A stretch of 64,000 bases of DNA from Deltaproteobacteria bacterium. Its GTDB lineage: Bacteria > Desulfobacterota > Desulfovibrionia > Desulfovibrionales > Desulfovibrionaceae. The DNA lies in contig JAITWK010000025.1 of assembly GCA_031285295.1 (NCBI GenBank), positions 2,967-66,966 on the forward strand, read 5' to 3'. A program made the position numbers and the translations under genes. Of this stretch, positions 1 to 9,661 are shown piece by piece; within the stretch, counting starts at the first letter, position 1, and each line of letters begins with the position of its first letter. Below the pieces are notes generated by a model. That model did not search any database. It was given only the letters and a program-made list of their open reading frames with translations, and was not told where the DNA came from.

Positions 1-2139
1 GATTTGCCAGTTAAACTCGCTGTTCCGGCCCGGAGTGGTAATTTCCTTGGGCGGATGCTCGTTTATGCTGACAAAAACGCTGTAACCGGCTTTTTCCAGC
101 TCGGCCCGTTTGGCTGTAAGATCCAGCGGCCAGGCCGGGTAAAGCCAGACGTTCTGGCCGTATTGCCGCGCCCAGAAGCCCTCGCGCTTGGGGCTTTGGA
201 ATATTTCGCCCGGCTTCAGCGGATCGATGCGGAAACGGCTGAGGCCCACCGGCCAGTAGCCGGAAATAACCAGGCCCAGCGGCAGAGGGCTTTGCGCTGG
301 TAAAGCCAGATAGTCTTCAGCCGAGAGTTCCGGGCTGAGTATGGCCTGGCTGAAACCCAGACCGGCCAGTACGCCGACGGAGAAAATGTTGGTGATGTTG
401 CAAAATGGCCCGGCAGTAAGCGAAAGCCCCTTTTTATCCTCAAAATAGGCGGCCTGCCAGGGCGCGTTGCAGACAAAATGCCTGGCCCCGTTGCGTAGCG
501 CCTGATGGATGTTGCGTTTCCAGTTTTCCTCTTCGTCCGGCCAGATTACCGGGGGCAGCCACCAGGAAATGCGGCTGTAAAGCGTGCGTGAAACATCGCT
601 CAGGGCTTTGGGCGAAAGCCATAGCCCCTGCACCGTGCCCGGCCTGATGCCCTCACGCCCGCCGCGTCCGCGCGGCAAACCGCCAAGCAGGGCGATATCC
701 AGGCGGCGTGCGCCCCCCGGCCCGGCATGCCCTACGGCTTTGGGCGGCCTTGGCTCAAAAGTCATGAGCTTTTTATCGTTTTTAATTTGCGGGCGGCGCT
801 CTTCAAGGAGTCCGGTCCATTCCTTGAGCAGGGACTGCAATTCCGGTTCGCGCCGGTCGATCAAAAAGACCGGGGTACCGTTTTTTGGTGTCTTGTGCTT
901 GGGAATATTCAGGGTCAGGCTGCCGCCTTTGGGCAGACGCCGGTTCAGGTTGAGCGTCTGGTGCCAGGGTTCGTCCTCGTAGCCGATGCGTAAAAAATCT
1001 TTGGGTAGCAGTTCCTGCCGGGTTTTGAGTACAAATTGATCGCCGGTATTTTTATCTTTCTCCAGCATGATCTTGCCGCAAAGAAGGCCGGAACTGGTTT
1101 GATGGCTATCCTTTTTGCCTTCTTTCGTTTCGCCGAAAGCAGTGGGGTTGCTTGCGTGCTGCGGCAAAAAGCGGGCGCGGGTGAAGGGACGGCCCAGCGC
1201 CATTTCCAGCAGGGCTTCGGCCTCGCGGCGCAGATTGGCGTCCGGTGCCACCGCATCAGCTTCGGCTCCGTTTGCTTGAGCGGAATCGTTGGCCAGTGAG
1301 CTTGCAGCCATCCCGGTTGTGCGGGCGGACAAAGCGGCTCTGTCTGCCATCGCCTGATCGCGCAGCATACGGTAGGCGGTGGTGACGTAATAGACGTAGT
1401 GCGGGCCTTTTTTGCGCCCCTCGATTTTCCAGGAGGCAATGCCGGGCATGTCCAGCAGGGTTTTGACCAGCACATCCAGCGAAAGATCGCGGCAGGAGAA
1501 GAAGCGTCCCTCTTTGCCGCCCTGCTTGTAAACGCGGCGGCAGGGCTGCACGCAGCGCCCGCGCAGGCCGCTTTTGCCGCCCAGATAGCTGGACCACCAG
1601 CAACGGCCGGAAACGCAGTAGCAAAGCGCACCGTGCACGAAAAGTTCCAGATCCAGATTGGCCGGGCGGGAGGCTTCCATCAGGCGGATTTCGTCAATGG
1701 AAAGTTCGCGCGGCAGGATCACTCTGGCCGCTCCGAGGGTGGCGGCGGTTTGCAGGGCGGTCTGATGCGTGACGTTGGCCAGGGTGGAAAAATGGATTTC
1801 GCCTGCATAACCGGCCTGACGGGCCAGATCCACAATGGCCGGGTCCTGGGCGATAATGGCGTCCGGGTGCGGCCCCAGCAGCAGGCGGCGAACCAGTCTG
1901 GCTACCGAAGCTTCTTCGCCCGGCTTGAAAAAGGTGTTCATGGCCACATAGATCTTGCGATCTTTGCTGTGTGCCAGATCCAGCAGTTTGGACAATTCCG
2001 TGGTGGAAAAGTTGTCGGCCTGCATCCGGGCGGAAAAATGCTTGAGGCCAAGATAAATTGCATCGGCCCCGGCGGCCAGGGCGGCCAGGGCGCTTTGCAT
2101 ATCTCCGGCCGGAGCGAGAATTTCGGGTTTGTTTGTCAT
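1..2139 (-). CDS. U32 family peptidase (collagenase-like), 3'-partial (runs off the left edge)
   Basis: Absent from the ORF track because no stop lies in the window. I read the minus frame codon by codon from ATG 2139 to position 1 and it is open for 713 codons. It starts MTNKPEILAPAGDMQSALAALAAGADAIYLGLKHFSARMQ. It contains ELFVHGALCYCVSGRCWWS, which fits the U32 signature E-x-F-x2-G-[SA]-[LIVM]-C-x4-G-x-C-x-[LIVM]-S. Plus-strand ORFs 4..303, 1036..1299 and 1399..2241 are antisense shadows. Confidence 0.9.
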   Translation of the reverse strand, partial: MTNKPEILAPAGDMQSALAALAAGADAIYLGLKHFSARMQADNFSTTELSKLLDLAHSKDRKIYVAMNTFFKPGEEASVARLVRRLLLGPHPDAIIAQDPAIVDLARQAGYAGEIHFSTLANVTHQTALQTAATLGAARVILPRELSIDEIRLMEASRPANLDLELFVHGALCYCVSGRCWWSSYLGGKSGLRGRCVQPCRRVYKQGGKEGRFFSCRDLSLDVLVKTLLDMPGIASWKIEGRKKGPHYVYYVTTAYRMLRDQAMADRAALSARTTGMAASSLANDSAQANGAEADAVAPDANLRREAEALLEMALGRPFTRARFLPQHASNPTAFGETKEGKKDSHQTSSGLLCGKIMLEKDKNTGDQFVLKTRQELLPKDFLRIGYEDEPWHQTLNLNRRLPKGGSLTLNIPKHKTPKNGTPVFLIDRREPELQSLLKEWTGLLEERRPQIKNDKKLMTFEPRPPKAVGHAGPGGARRLDIALLGGLPRGRGGREGIRPGTVQGLWLSPKALSDVSRTLYSRISWWLPPVIWPDEEENWKRNIHQALRNGARHFVCNAPWQAAYFEDKKGLSLTAGPFCNITNIFSVGVLAGLGFSQAILSPELSAEDYLALPAQSPLPLGLVISGYWPVGLSRFRIDPLKPGEIFQSPKREGFWARQYGQNVWLYPAWPLDLTAKRAELEKAGYSVFVSINEHPPKEITTPGRNSEFNWQI

Positions 2140-2258
2140 AATTGGGCCGAAACTGCCATGTTTGGCCGAATTGCACAAGGATTAATAAAGCAAGACAGCG
2201 CTCCGGTTTGCTCAAACCGGAGCGCTGTCTTGAAACAATAACCGCTTTTGCTTTTTGC

Positions 2259-3431
2259 CTAAGCTTTGGCGGCAGTCAGCAGATCTTTGGTCTTGTCCGT
2301 CTTTTCCCAGGTGAATTCCGGCTCTTCACGGCCAAAGTGACCGTAGCAGGAAGTCTTGAGGAAGATCGGGCGCTTGAGGTCCAGATCCCGGATGATGAAG
2401 TAGGGGCGCAGGTCAAAGACTTCGTTCACGGCCTTGGTCAGAACTTCATCGCTGACCTGACCGCTGCCCAGCGAGGAGCAGAGCAGGGAGACCGGGCGGG
2501 CCACGCCGATGCTGTAAGCAATTTGCACTTCGCAGCGCGGGGCCAGGCCGGAGGCGACCACGTTCTTGGCAATGTAACGGGCCATGTAAGCTGCCGAGCG
2601 GTCAACCTTGGAGGCGTCCTTGCCGGAGAAAGCGCCGCCGCCGTGGTGGCCATAGCCGCCGTAGGTGTCCTGAATGATCTTGCGGCCGGTCAGACCGGCA
2701 TCGCCCATGGGGCCGCCGATAACGAAACGGCCAGTGGTGTTGATGAAGATTTCGCAATCTTTGGGATCGAAAATGTTCGCGGGCAGGGTGGGGATGAGCA
2801 GCTTCTGGGTGATGTCATTCACGATCTGCGCTTGCGGAATGTGGTCGTCGTGCTGGGTGGAGACTACCACGTTATGAATGCGTACAGGCTTGCCATCCTG
2901 ATATTCAAAAGAAACCTGGGTCTTGCCGTCCGGGCGCAGGTAGGGGATGACCTTGTCCTTGCGCAGCTTGGTCAGGCCCTGCGAAAGCTGGTGTGCCCAG
3001 TACAGCGGGGCGGGCATCAGGGTGGGGGTATCATCGCAGGCAAAGCCGAACATCATGCCCTGGTCGCCCGCGCCCTGATCTTCGGGCTTGGTGCGGTCCA
3101 CGCCCTGAGCGATGTCGGGGGACTGCTTGTCGATGGAGGAAATAACGGCGCAGGTCTGCCAGTCAAAGCCCATTTCCGAGCTGTTGTAGCCGATGTTCTT
3201 GATAGTCTGGCGCACGATGCCGGGCAGATCCGCGTAACCGCGGGAAGTAACTTCCCCGGCGATAAAGGCCATGCCGGTGGTAACCAGGGTTTCACAGGCC
3301 ACGCGCGAATTCGGGTCTTCGGCCATCAGCGCATCGAGTACGGCGTCGGAAATCTGGTCGGCCACTTTGTCCGGGTGTCCTTCGGTAACGGATTCCGAAG
3401 TGAAGAAGTACTTGCCTTTGGATAAAATCAT
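2259..3431 (-). CDS. metK: S-adenosylmethionine synthase
   Basis: [34 protein letters not shown]... is a classic MetK N-terminus, and GGGAFSGKD is present. AGGAGCAAACC precedes ATG 3431, so the ORF-track start at 3467 is probably too long. Confidence 0.97.
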   Translation of the reverse strand: MILSKGKYFFTSESVTEGHPDKVADQISDAVLDALMAEDPNSRVACETLVTTGMAFIAGEVTSRGYADLPGIVRQTIKNIGYNSSEMGFDWQTCAVISSIDKQSPDIAQGVDRTKPEDQGAGDQGMMFGFACDDTPTLMPAPLYWAHQLSQGLTKLRKDKVIPYLRPDGKTQVSFEYQDGKPVRIHNVVVSTQHDDHIPQAQIVNDITQKLLIPTLPANIFDPKDCEIFINTTGRFVIGGPMGDAGLTGRKIIQDTYGGYGHHGGGAFSGKDASKVDRSAAYMARYIAKNVVASGLAPRCEVQIAYSIGVARPVSLLCSSLGSGQVSDEVLTKAVNEVFDLRPYFIIRDLDLKRPIFLKTSCYGHFGREEPEFTWEKTDKTKDLLTAAKA

Positions 3432-3545
3432 GGTTTGCTCCTGTAAATGCAGCCCGTTTGCAGGCATCAGGTTGTACGGCGACGGTTCGTGTCCGGGCCG
3501 CAGGTTGTTATTTAGCTTGGTACAATATTTTTTTCAAATAGCCGT

Positions 3546-4391
3546 TTATCCAAGAATCTGATTGTCGATGAGCCTGGCCTTGCCGAGATACACAGCCGTT
3601 ATGACCAAACTTTCAGGGGTTGCTGTTTTTTCCGCTTTCAGGGTTTCCGGATGAACCAGTTCCAGATAATCCACCCGGCCCAGCGGCAGCTTTTCCTGCC
3701 AGAATTCGCTGATGCGTTTGCGCAGGACGGAACTTCTGGTTTCACCGGCGGCAAAAAGCTGCCGGGCCAGGGTAAGCCCTTTGTGAATTTGCGGGGCCTG
3801 AGTCCGTTCGGCTTCACCCAGGTAGCTGTTACGCGAGCTCATGGCCAGGCCATCGGCCTCGCGCACTATCGGCACGCCTTCCACCTTGACGCCGAGATTG
3901 AGATCCCCGGCCATACGGCGGATAATAGCCAGTTGCTGCCAATCCTTCTGGCCAAAAAAGGCCAGATCCGGACGGGTAATATTAAAAAGCTTCAGCACCA
4001 CTGTGCAGACGCCTTTAAAGTGTGTTGGGCGGGTTTTGCCGCAAAGCAGCCGCGAAAGTCCCGGCACTTGCGTCCAGGTATCGTAACCTTGCGGGTACAT
4101 AAGCTCCGGCGTTGGAGCGAACAGAACATCAACCCCGTTACCCTCGGCGATTAGTTTGTCCCGTTCCATATCGCGCGGGTAGGCGGCCAAGTCTTCGGTG
4201 GGCGCGAACTGGGTTGGATTCACGAACAGCGAAAGCACTACTTTGGCAGCGTTTTTTCGCGCAGCCTGCATCAAACTTTCGTGCCCCTGATGAAAAAAAC
4301 CCATGGTCGGCACCAAAGCCACACTTTGTCCGGCCTGACGCCAGGCCGCGCATTGCTCGGCCATTTGCGCCGGGTCAGTAATTATCAACAT
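3546..4391 (-). CDS. panC: pantoate--beta-alanine ligase
   Basis: VPTMGFFHQGHESLM (HxGH nucleotidyltransferase motif), 281 aa, overall PanC-like. Confidence 0.95.
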   Translation of the reverse strand: MLIITDPAQMAEQCAAWRQAGQSVALVPTMGFFHQGHESLMQAARKNAAKVVLSLFVNPTQFAPTEDLAAYPRDMERDKLIAEGNGVDVLFAPTPELMYPQGYDTWTQVPGLSRLLCGKTRPTHFKGVCTVVLKLFNITRPDLAFFGQKDWQQLAIIRRMAGDLNLGVKVEGVPIVREADGLAMSSRNSYLGEAERTQAPQIHKGLTLARQLFAAGETRSSVLRKRISEFWQEKLPLGRVDYLELVHPETLKAEKTATPESLVITAVYLGKARLIDNQILG

Positions 4392-4468
4392 ATCAATACA
4401 TCCGCATATAGTGTTTTTACAGCTTCTTCATACTATGCAAATTTCGCAATGTCCAGTATAATGCATAA

Positions 4469-5293
4469 ATGAAAGCTTATCATCAGGGGCAGTTAGACTT
4501 TTTTTGCGGCATTTATGCGCTTATTAACGCCTTGCGGCTGACCAGCGGCATTGGGCTGGCCGATGCCCGGCGTATTCTCGCCGAGGCGCTGGGCGCTGTT
4601 TCCGCGTATCCGCTGCTCTGGCGGGCAACGCTGGATAACTCCACCGATTTTTACTGGCTGATGCGCTATCTGCTGGGCCGGTATAGCCGGGAGCGCGGGT
4701 TGGCTTTCAGGATCGCGCGGTTGCCGATGACTTCGCTAAAGTCGGCGGAGCGTCTGCGGCTGCGCGAAAAGGTTGGCGCTCAAGCGGCAGGCAGCCGCAG
4801 GCCACAGTTTGCGATGGGCGGTTCCTGCGGGTTGAGTGACGCGGAGCTTCGCGCCTGGCTTAACCTTTCGCCGCCGCCGCTTCTGGAACTTGCGGATTTG
4901 CGGCCGCAGGATTTGCGTTTTCGGCAACCGGACAACGGCGTGCCTACGCCGCGCGAATGTGGCTGGACTTTAAGCGAGCTTTGGCCTCTGCTGGAGGACT
5001 GGCTGCCGATTAAAACCCTGTTCAGCGGTTTCAGCCAGGGCGAGGGGAGCGGGCGCTGCCTGATTTTGCGTTTTCATCGGCATCTTTACGCGGATCAGCC
5101 GCCGGTTATCTCGCACTGGACATGCGGCCAGGAATTTAACCGGGATACCCTGCAACTTTTTGACTGCACAGCGGATAAAAGCGCGGTGCACAGCCTGCCC
5201 TTCAAGCAATGCGCCCTGCGCGAGAGCGAACTGAGCAAGGATCGCCTGCTGCGCCTGGAGCCGGATTCCATTTATTTCCTGGAAAGAATGTAG
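4469..5293 (+). CDS. hypothetical protein, possibly a papain-like/C39-like cysteine peptidase fold
   Basis: 274-aa ORF. The N-terminal QGQLDFFCGIYALINAL has a Gln-x6-Cys-Gly arrangement, and a later ISHWTCG supplies a candidate His. There is no SD. TATAAT at 4456-4461 ends 7 nt before the ATG, so the transcript may be leaderless. Confidence 0.5.
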   Translation: MKAYHQGQLDFFCGIYALINALRLTSGIGLADARRILAEALGAVSAYPLLWRATLDNSTDFYWLMRYLLGRYSRERGLAFRIARLPMTSLKSAERLRLREKVGAQAAGSRRPQFAMGGSCGLSDAELRAWLNLSPPPLLELADLRPQDLRFRQPDNGVPTPRECGWTLSELWPLLEDWLPIKTLFSGFSQGEGSGRCLILRFHRHLYADQPPVISHWTCGQEFNRDTLQLFDCTADKSAVHSLPFKQCALRESELSKDRLLRLEPDSIYFLERM

Positions 5294-5398
5294 GCAGACA
5301 GCCTCTCAATAAAACCAAAGCTTAAGCAACATGACCCGAGCCATACTTGTATACTCTGGGCCTTGTCCTCGTCCAAACGGCGCGGGACGCAATGGTTT

Positions 5399-6487
5399 TT
5401 AGGCTTCGTGCGGGAGCGGGTAGGGGAAAATTCGCCAATAATTGGGCTGATCGTTGATCGTAACCACAAATTTTATGCGAATGACATCGTTTTTGGAGAT
5501 GTTGTCCGGCAAAGTCAGCACTGATTGCATTTTTTTATAGCGCTCAATGCGAAAAGTGAGCGAACCGGACGAAAGCGGCGTAAGTTTTACTTCGGCACCC
5601 TGGCGGGTAATCACGAAAACCGAACAGTTACCGGCCAGAGTTTCCTTTTGCGGCTGGTTGCTGATATCAAAGCTGACGCGCATTTTATTGCCCGCTTCAA
5701 AAAAAACCGCTGCATTGGCTATTTTTATCGGATGGTCGTCTGATTCCGTTGCTTCGCCGAGGTCAGGGCGCACTCCGGCCACAGTTACCGGGGCGCTTGC
5801 ATCCAGCAGGTTGCGCATGTCCTCGGCAGAAGGCGTCAAGGCTGCGGAAGCGTCGGCCTGTCCATTTTGTCCGGCAGTAGCCGTGCTTTGACCGTTATGT
5901 CCGGCGGTAGCGCTTTGTCCATTTTGTCCAGCGGTTGCTACCGGGCCCGGTTCGGTGGCCGCCCCCGCGTTTTGCCCGGCGGCTGTTGCCGCGCTCTGGT
6001 TTTGCCCGGTGGTTGCACCCAGCTGTCCAGCCGCGCCGCTTGCGCTTGAGGCACCCGCAAGATTTTGCGGCGCAGCGGCGGAACTTGCGGCAGCGGCTTC
6101 CTCGGCGGGAGTTTGCCCGTGGCCTGTCTGTGTCCGGGCGGTTGTAGTGATGCTGTTGACCGAATAAGGCTGTGAGCGCCCGCCAAGCACGGCCCGGTGC
6201 CGGTCCGCTTGCCCGTGCGGCAGAATGGCCAGGTTGGCGCTGTCCTGCAATTGTACGCGCAATTCGCTTAATTCGGCTTGCAGGGTGCGGCGTTCCTGGG
6301 CGGCGATCTGGTAGCGTTCCTTGTAGTACATGGTACCGTAAACGGTAAGGGCGCAGGCGGCCATGAGCAGCAGAACCAGAACGACAATGAGCTTGAACCA
6401 GAAGGTGCGCATCCTGAAGGTCGATACCGCGCAGTCGTCGCGCATCAGCAAAATGCTGTAGGAGGGTTTTATGGGCTTTGCGTTCAT
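5399..6487 (-). CDS. membrane-anchored coiled-coil protein with a low-complexity TAGQNGQ repeat region
   Basis: 362 aa. One TM segment (FWFKLIVVLVLLLMAACALTVYG), then a coiled coil (QAELSELRVQLQ). Then an Ala/Gly/Gln-rich tract containing TAGQNGQSATAGHNGQSTATAGQNGQ, followed by a C-terminal globular domain. Confidence 0.7.
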   Translation of the reverse strand: MNAKPIKPSYSILLMRDDCAVSTFRMRTFWFKLIVVLVLLLMAACALTVYGTMYYKERYQIAAQERRTLQAELSELRVQLQDSANLAILPHGQADRHRAVLGGRSQPYSVNSITTTARTQTGHGQTPAEEAAAASSAAAPQNLAGASSASGAAGQLGATTGQNQSAATAAGQNAGAATEPGPVATAGQNGQSATAGHNGQSTATAGQNGQADASAALTPSAEDMRNLLDASAPVTVAGVRPDLGEATESDDHPIKIANAAVFFEAGNKMRVSFDISNQPQKETLAGNCSVFVITRQGAEVKLTPLSSGSLTFRIERYKKMQSVLTLPDNISKNDVIRIKFVVTINDQPNYWRIFPYPLPHEA

Positions 6488-6512
6488 ATGGACAGTGCTT
6501 CCTTACGTTGGA

Positions 6513-8165
6513 TCAATCAGGTAGGCTGACCCAGTCTTCACGGACAATCAGCAGATGCGGCCCGGTTTTTCCTTCGCGGATTTCCAGGGTCAGGCTCTTG
6601 ACACCGTTATCCGCGTAGCCGGAAACATCGCGGTAAGTCTGGATCATTTCCACGTCAAAGCCATTTTCCGTTTCGCGCACGTTCACGTTTTCCAATTCTA
6701 TCAACGCCGGCTTGGCCTTGCTCCAGATGCGCCTTTTTTGGTCGATGAACTCGTTCAGATGTTTGCCGGACTGTCTGGCCTCTGCGGCATAAAAGGCTGC
6801 ATAGGCGCGCAAATTTCCATTTTGCCAGGCTTCGCGCCATTCGCCAACCAGTTGCATGGCGTCAAAGCTGCTGAATCTGACCTTGGCTTCGGCTTTTTGG
6901 GTAGAGTTGCTGGCTGGCGGCGTCAGCAGGGCCAGCTCGGTGCTTTTTGGCTCGACTGTCTTTGTTGCTGCCGCCTTTTCCGGATCGGCAGCAGGAGTGG
7001 CCGCAGAAGTAGCTGCGGGGGCAGCCAGTTCAATATTCTTTTGTTCAGTACTTTTAGCTGCGGGCAGCGTTTCGGCTGGTGTGGCAGGGGGCAGATCCAC
7101 CGCTGTTTTGGCATTGGAAGCAAGCAGTACCGGGCTGCTGAGGCCAGGCACCCATTCCATGCCCACAATGCGCAGTTCGCCCTGGCGATCCGCCTGCCAG
7201 TACAGCCGTCTGGTACCGCTGGTACTTAGATTGGAAGCCTTGTAATCCTGGTTGAACCAGGTCACCCAGTAGCCCGGTCCCTCAAGTATCTGGATGTCGC
7301 TTACTTTGGTATCAATCCAGTCCAGACGCTTGAACAGTGATTCCTTTTGGGCGCGGAAATTTTTGAAAGACTGCCCGTGGGCCAGCGTATAAGCTTCGGC
7401 ATTGTAAAAATCGAACATGGACGCCGAACGGTCGCTCCAGGCTCTGGCCCAGGCCTGCACATTGCTTTCCAGCCTGGCGATGACGGCAGCCTTGTCGCCC
7501 GACATTTCCGGCTGGCGCTCTATGCTGGCCGCCATGGCCACCGGCTGGCCGATGTTGATTTTTTGGCCCAGCACGGCGATATCGCCGTTGTTCATGCCGA
7601 CGCAACCCTGGGTGTCGCGCGGGGAGAGCGGAACTCCCTTGCCGTGAATCCAGATACCGTAGCCGGTTTTTTTACGGATGCGATCCACCGGGTTGGGATA
7701 ATTCAGGGGATAGGCTTCGTTGCCGTACAGGGTGTAGTTGAGGCCGGAAGTAATGTGCCGCACTACAAAATACACCCCTTCCGGGGTTCTGAGGTCACCG
7801 GTGACGAACTTGTCTCCAACCGATTGCCCGGTGGTGCAGGGAAATTCGGCAGCCAGGCGCATGGGGCTTTGCCGTTCGAAAAAGAAAAGCTGCTGCGATG
7901 TCTTATCCACAGCAATCAGCTTGATCGGGGCGTTGTCGTGATCGCTAAGCCGGGCTTCCCAACCGCCAGGAGCGGTGGAAGCGGAAGTTTTTTTTGCTGT
8001 GGAGGCCCAGGCCAGTCCACTGGAGGCGTTTTTGCCGTTCAACCCCGTCCCGTTGACGATGGACAGCGGATCAATGCCCGGCGTCACCAGCCCAGGCAAC
8101 AGGGCCGGGATTAGAAACAGCAGGCTCCGCAGAACAGTCTTCAAGCAAGGCACGACATAACGCAT
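6513..8165 (-). CDS. L,D-transpeptidase (YkuD) domain protein with two C-terminal NTF2/SnoaL-like repeats
   Basis: YGIWIHGKGVPLSPRDTQGCVGMNNGDIAVL matches the YkuD H-G...G-C catalytic motif. An N-terminal signal peptide is present. Confidence 0.85.
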   Translation of the reverse strand: MRYVVPCLKTVLRSLLFLIPALLPGLVTPGIDPLSIVNGTGLNGKNASSGLAWASTAKKTSASTAPGGWEARLSDHDNAPIKLIAVDKTSQQLFFFERQSPMRLAAEFPCTTGQSVGDKFVTGDLRTPEGVYFVVRHITSGLNYTLYGNEAYPLNYPNPVDRIRKKTGYGIWIHGKGVPLSPRDTQGCVGMNNGDIAVLGQKINIGQPVAMAASIERQPEMSGDKAAVIARLESNVQAWARAWSDRSASMFDFYNAEAYTLAHGQSFKNFRAQKESLFKRLDWIDTKVSDIQILEGPGYWVTWFNQDYKASNLSTSGTRRLYWQADRQGELRIVGMEWVPGLSSPVLLASNAKTAVDLPPATPAETLPAAKSTEQKNIELAAPAATSAATPAADPEKAAATKTVEPKSTELALLTPPASNSTQKAEAKVRFSSFDAMQLVGEWREAWQNGNLRAYAAFYAAEARQSGKHLNEFIDQKRRIWSKAKPALIELENVNVRETENGFDVEMIQTYRDVSGYADNGVKSLTLEIREGKTGPHLLIVREDWVSLPD

Positions 8166-8197
8166 AGCGACCTTTGACGGTTTTAAACTTTTTAAAG

Positions 8198-8767
8198 CTA
8201 ATCTGCCTTGGACAGACGGAGCAGTTCGGCACGGGTAAAGATGGCGTGCAATTTACATCCCGCCTGCTGCAAAGCTTCACGTCCGCCCATTTCACGGTCC
8301 AGCACGCAGACCACATCACGAATAACCAGACCGGAAGCGCGTACACTTTCGCATGCTTTTAGCACGGAACCGCCGGTACTGACAACATCTTCAAGCATTC
8401 CGACACAAGCGCCGGGCTGGAAATTGGCCATTCCCTCCAGGCTTCTGCCGGTGCCATGTTTTTTGGCTTCCTTGCGGACAATCAGCCCCGGCCAGTTCAG
8501 GCCCAGTTCGCGTCCGGCCAGAGAAACAGCCGTAATCAACGGGTCGGCCCCCATGGTCATGCCGCCCACGCCGTTTATGCCGAGGGGGCGCAGCATTTCG
8601 GCCATGAGCGCACCAATCAGCCAGGCCCCTTCCGGATGCAGCGAGGTTTGGCGGCAGTCGAAGTAGTAGTCACTGCTCAGGCCGGAACTTAAAGTGAATT
8701 CACCTTCCAGATAGGATTTTTCCACCAGGAGTTTGGCCAGTTTTTGTTTGAGCCGTATTGTGTCCAT
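8198..8767 (-). CDS. pyrE: orotate phosphoribosyltransferase
   Basis: EGEFTLSSGLSSDYYFDCR and a PRPP-binding loop (GMLEDVVSTGGS). I prefer the start at MDTIRL (ATG 8767) because the 5' extension to 8797 lies inside a repeated element. Confidence 0.93.
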   Translation of the reverse strand: MDTIRLKQKLAKLLVEKSYLEGEFTLSSGLSSDYYFDCRQTSLHPEGAWLIGALMAEMLRPLGINGVGGMTMGADPLITAVSLAGRELGLNWPGLIVRKEAKKHGTGRSLEGMANFQPGACVGMLEDVVSTGGSVLKACESVRASGLVIRDVVCVLDREMGGREALQQAGCKLHAIFTRAELLRLSKAD

Positions 8768-8784
8768 CAAAAAATCCTTTTTGG

Positions 8785-8818
8785 GGTAGTGCCTCATTTT
8801 GCCGTGATACTGCGTCAG
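8785..8818. repeat. 34-nt interspersed element, copy A (GGTAGTGCCTCATTTTGCCGTGATACTGCGTCAG)
   Basis: 33/34 identical to 18828..18861 and 28/34 to 57690..57723. Lies in the pyrE 5' leader. Confidence 0.85.
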
Positions 8819-8843
8819 GCATCGTTTAAATCAATGCCTAAGT

Positions 8844-9218
8844 CTAAGCAGCGGTTTGACCTGCCGCCGGTTTGGCGCTAGGCGTCTTGTCCGCTGAAGC
8901 GGCTGCCGGGGCACTTGGCGTAGCGGCAGCGCTGGCCGAAGCTTCACCAGCCGGGGCGCTGTTGCTGCTGCCGGAACTTTCTGTTCCGCCGGTTTTGCCG
9001 CCGGAGCCGCTGGGCGCTTCTTCGTCTTTGCCCTTACGGTAGCCGTAATCGGTTACATACCAGCCGCCCCCCTTGAGGACAAAGGAGGTGTTGGAGACAA
9101 TGCGCCTAGCTTCACCGCCGCAATCCGGGCAGGGCTGTGCGTCCTTGTCGTCAATGCGGCGGGTCCACTCTTCAAAAACTTTGTGGCAATCAGCGCAGCA
9201 ATATTCGTAAATAGGCAT
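8844..9218 (-). CDS. FmdB-family zinc-ribbon protein
   Basis: MPIYEYCCADCHKVFE...CPDCGG is a CxxC...CxxC zinc ribbon, followed by a low-complexity Ser/Ala/Gly tail. Confidence 0.85.
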   Translation of the reverse strand: MPIYEYCCADCHKVFEEWTRRIDDKDAQPCPDCGGEARRIVSNTSFVLKGGGWYVTDYGYRKGKDEEAPSGSGGKTGGTESSGSSNSAPAGEASASAAATPSAPAAASADKTPSAKPAAGQTAA

Positions 9219-9370
9219 TTTTCAATTCTCTTACGGCAAAACGCCAAGACAGACCCGCGCAAACGATTAAAAAAGTCGCGTGGAACCAGCCCGGCAGTTT
9301 TTATACAAATGATATTAAGACAATATTTTCACGAGATGGGTTTTGTTAAAAAATCCATCTCGTGGTAAAT

Positions 9371-9481
9371 TTATTTCTTGGCAGCGGCCTTGGCATCGCG
9401 AATGCGGGCCTTGAGGCGCTGTTCGCGGCGATGACGTCTGCGGTCGAGTTCTTTTTTGCGTTCGATTTTTTTCTGGGCCAT
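9371..9481 (-). CDS. small highly basic protein (36 aa), below the ORF-track size cut-off
   Basis: My own translation: MAQKKIERKKELDRRRHRREQRLKARIRDAKAAAKK*. AGGAGAATTAATT lies directly upstream of the ATG at 9481. Confidence 0.55.
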   Translation of the reverse strand: MAQKKIERKKELDRRRHRREQRLKARIRDAKAAAKK

Positions 9482-9661
9482 AATTAATTCTCCTAGCCGC
9501 TTAACGGCGGGTATTTCAAGTATGTAATATTCTAACAACCTGATCGACATTAAATATCCACAAGCTGACCTTTTGTAAAGACCCGGGTTGTGCTATGCTG
9601 CAAGGATGATTATTGTATAAGACAGGGCGATTGTTTGCTGTAAGGAATGATAATTTATAAT

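Noticed and set aside
1399-2241. Long plus-strand ORFs antisense to real genes. Examples: 1399..2241, 2142..3425, 11818..12681, 12856..13695, 15549..17624, 17879..18760 and 20237..22315. Minus-strand examples: 36836..37837, 38952..39707, 40407..41150, 49334..50290, 60140..61258 and 62080..63114.
   Set aside because: Each lies opposite a gene with an unmistakable family signature (U32 peptidase, MetK, Tkt, PheT/S, ThrS, translocators, SctN, SctV, formamidase). Their translations are Arg/Gly/Ala/Pro-rich with no motifs, which is typical of shadow ORFs in GC-rich DNA.
3432-3545. metK 5' leader inspected for a SAM-type riboswitch. It contains a duplicated ACAACCTG and a possible TTGAAA-N17-TAAATA promoter.
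   Set aside because: I could not recognise any SAM-I, SAM-II, SAM-V or SAM/SAH consensus helices or pseudoknot by eye, and only weak 3-4-bp stems are present. A covariance-model scan (Rfam/Infernal) would be needed.
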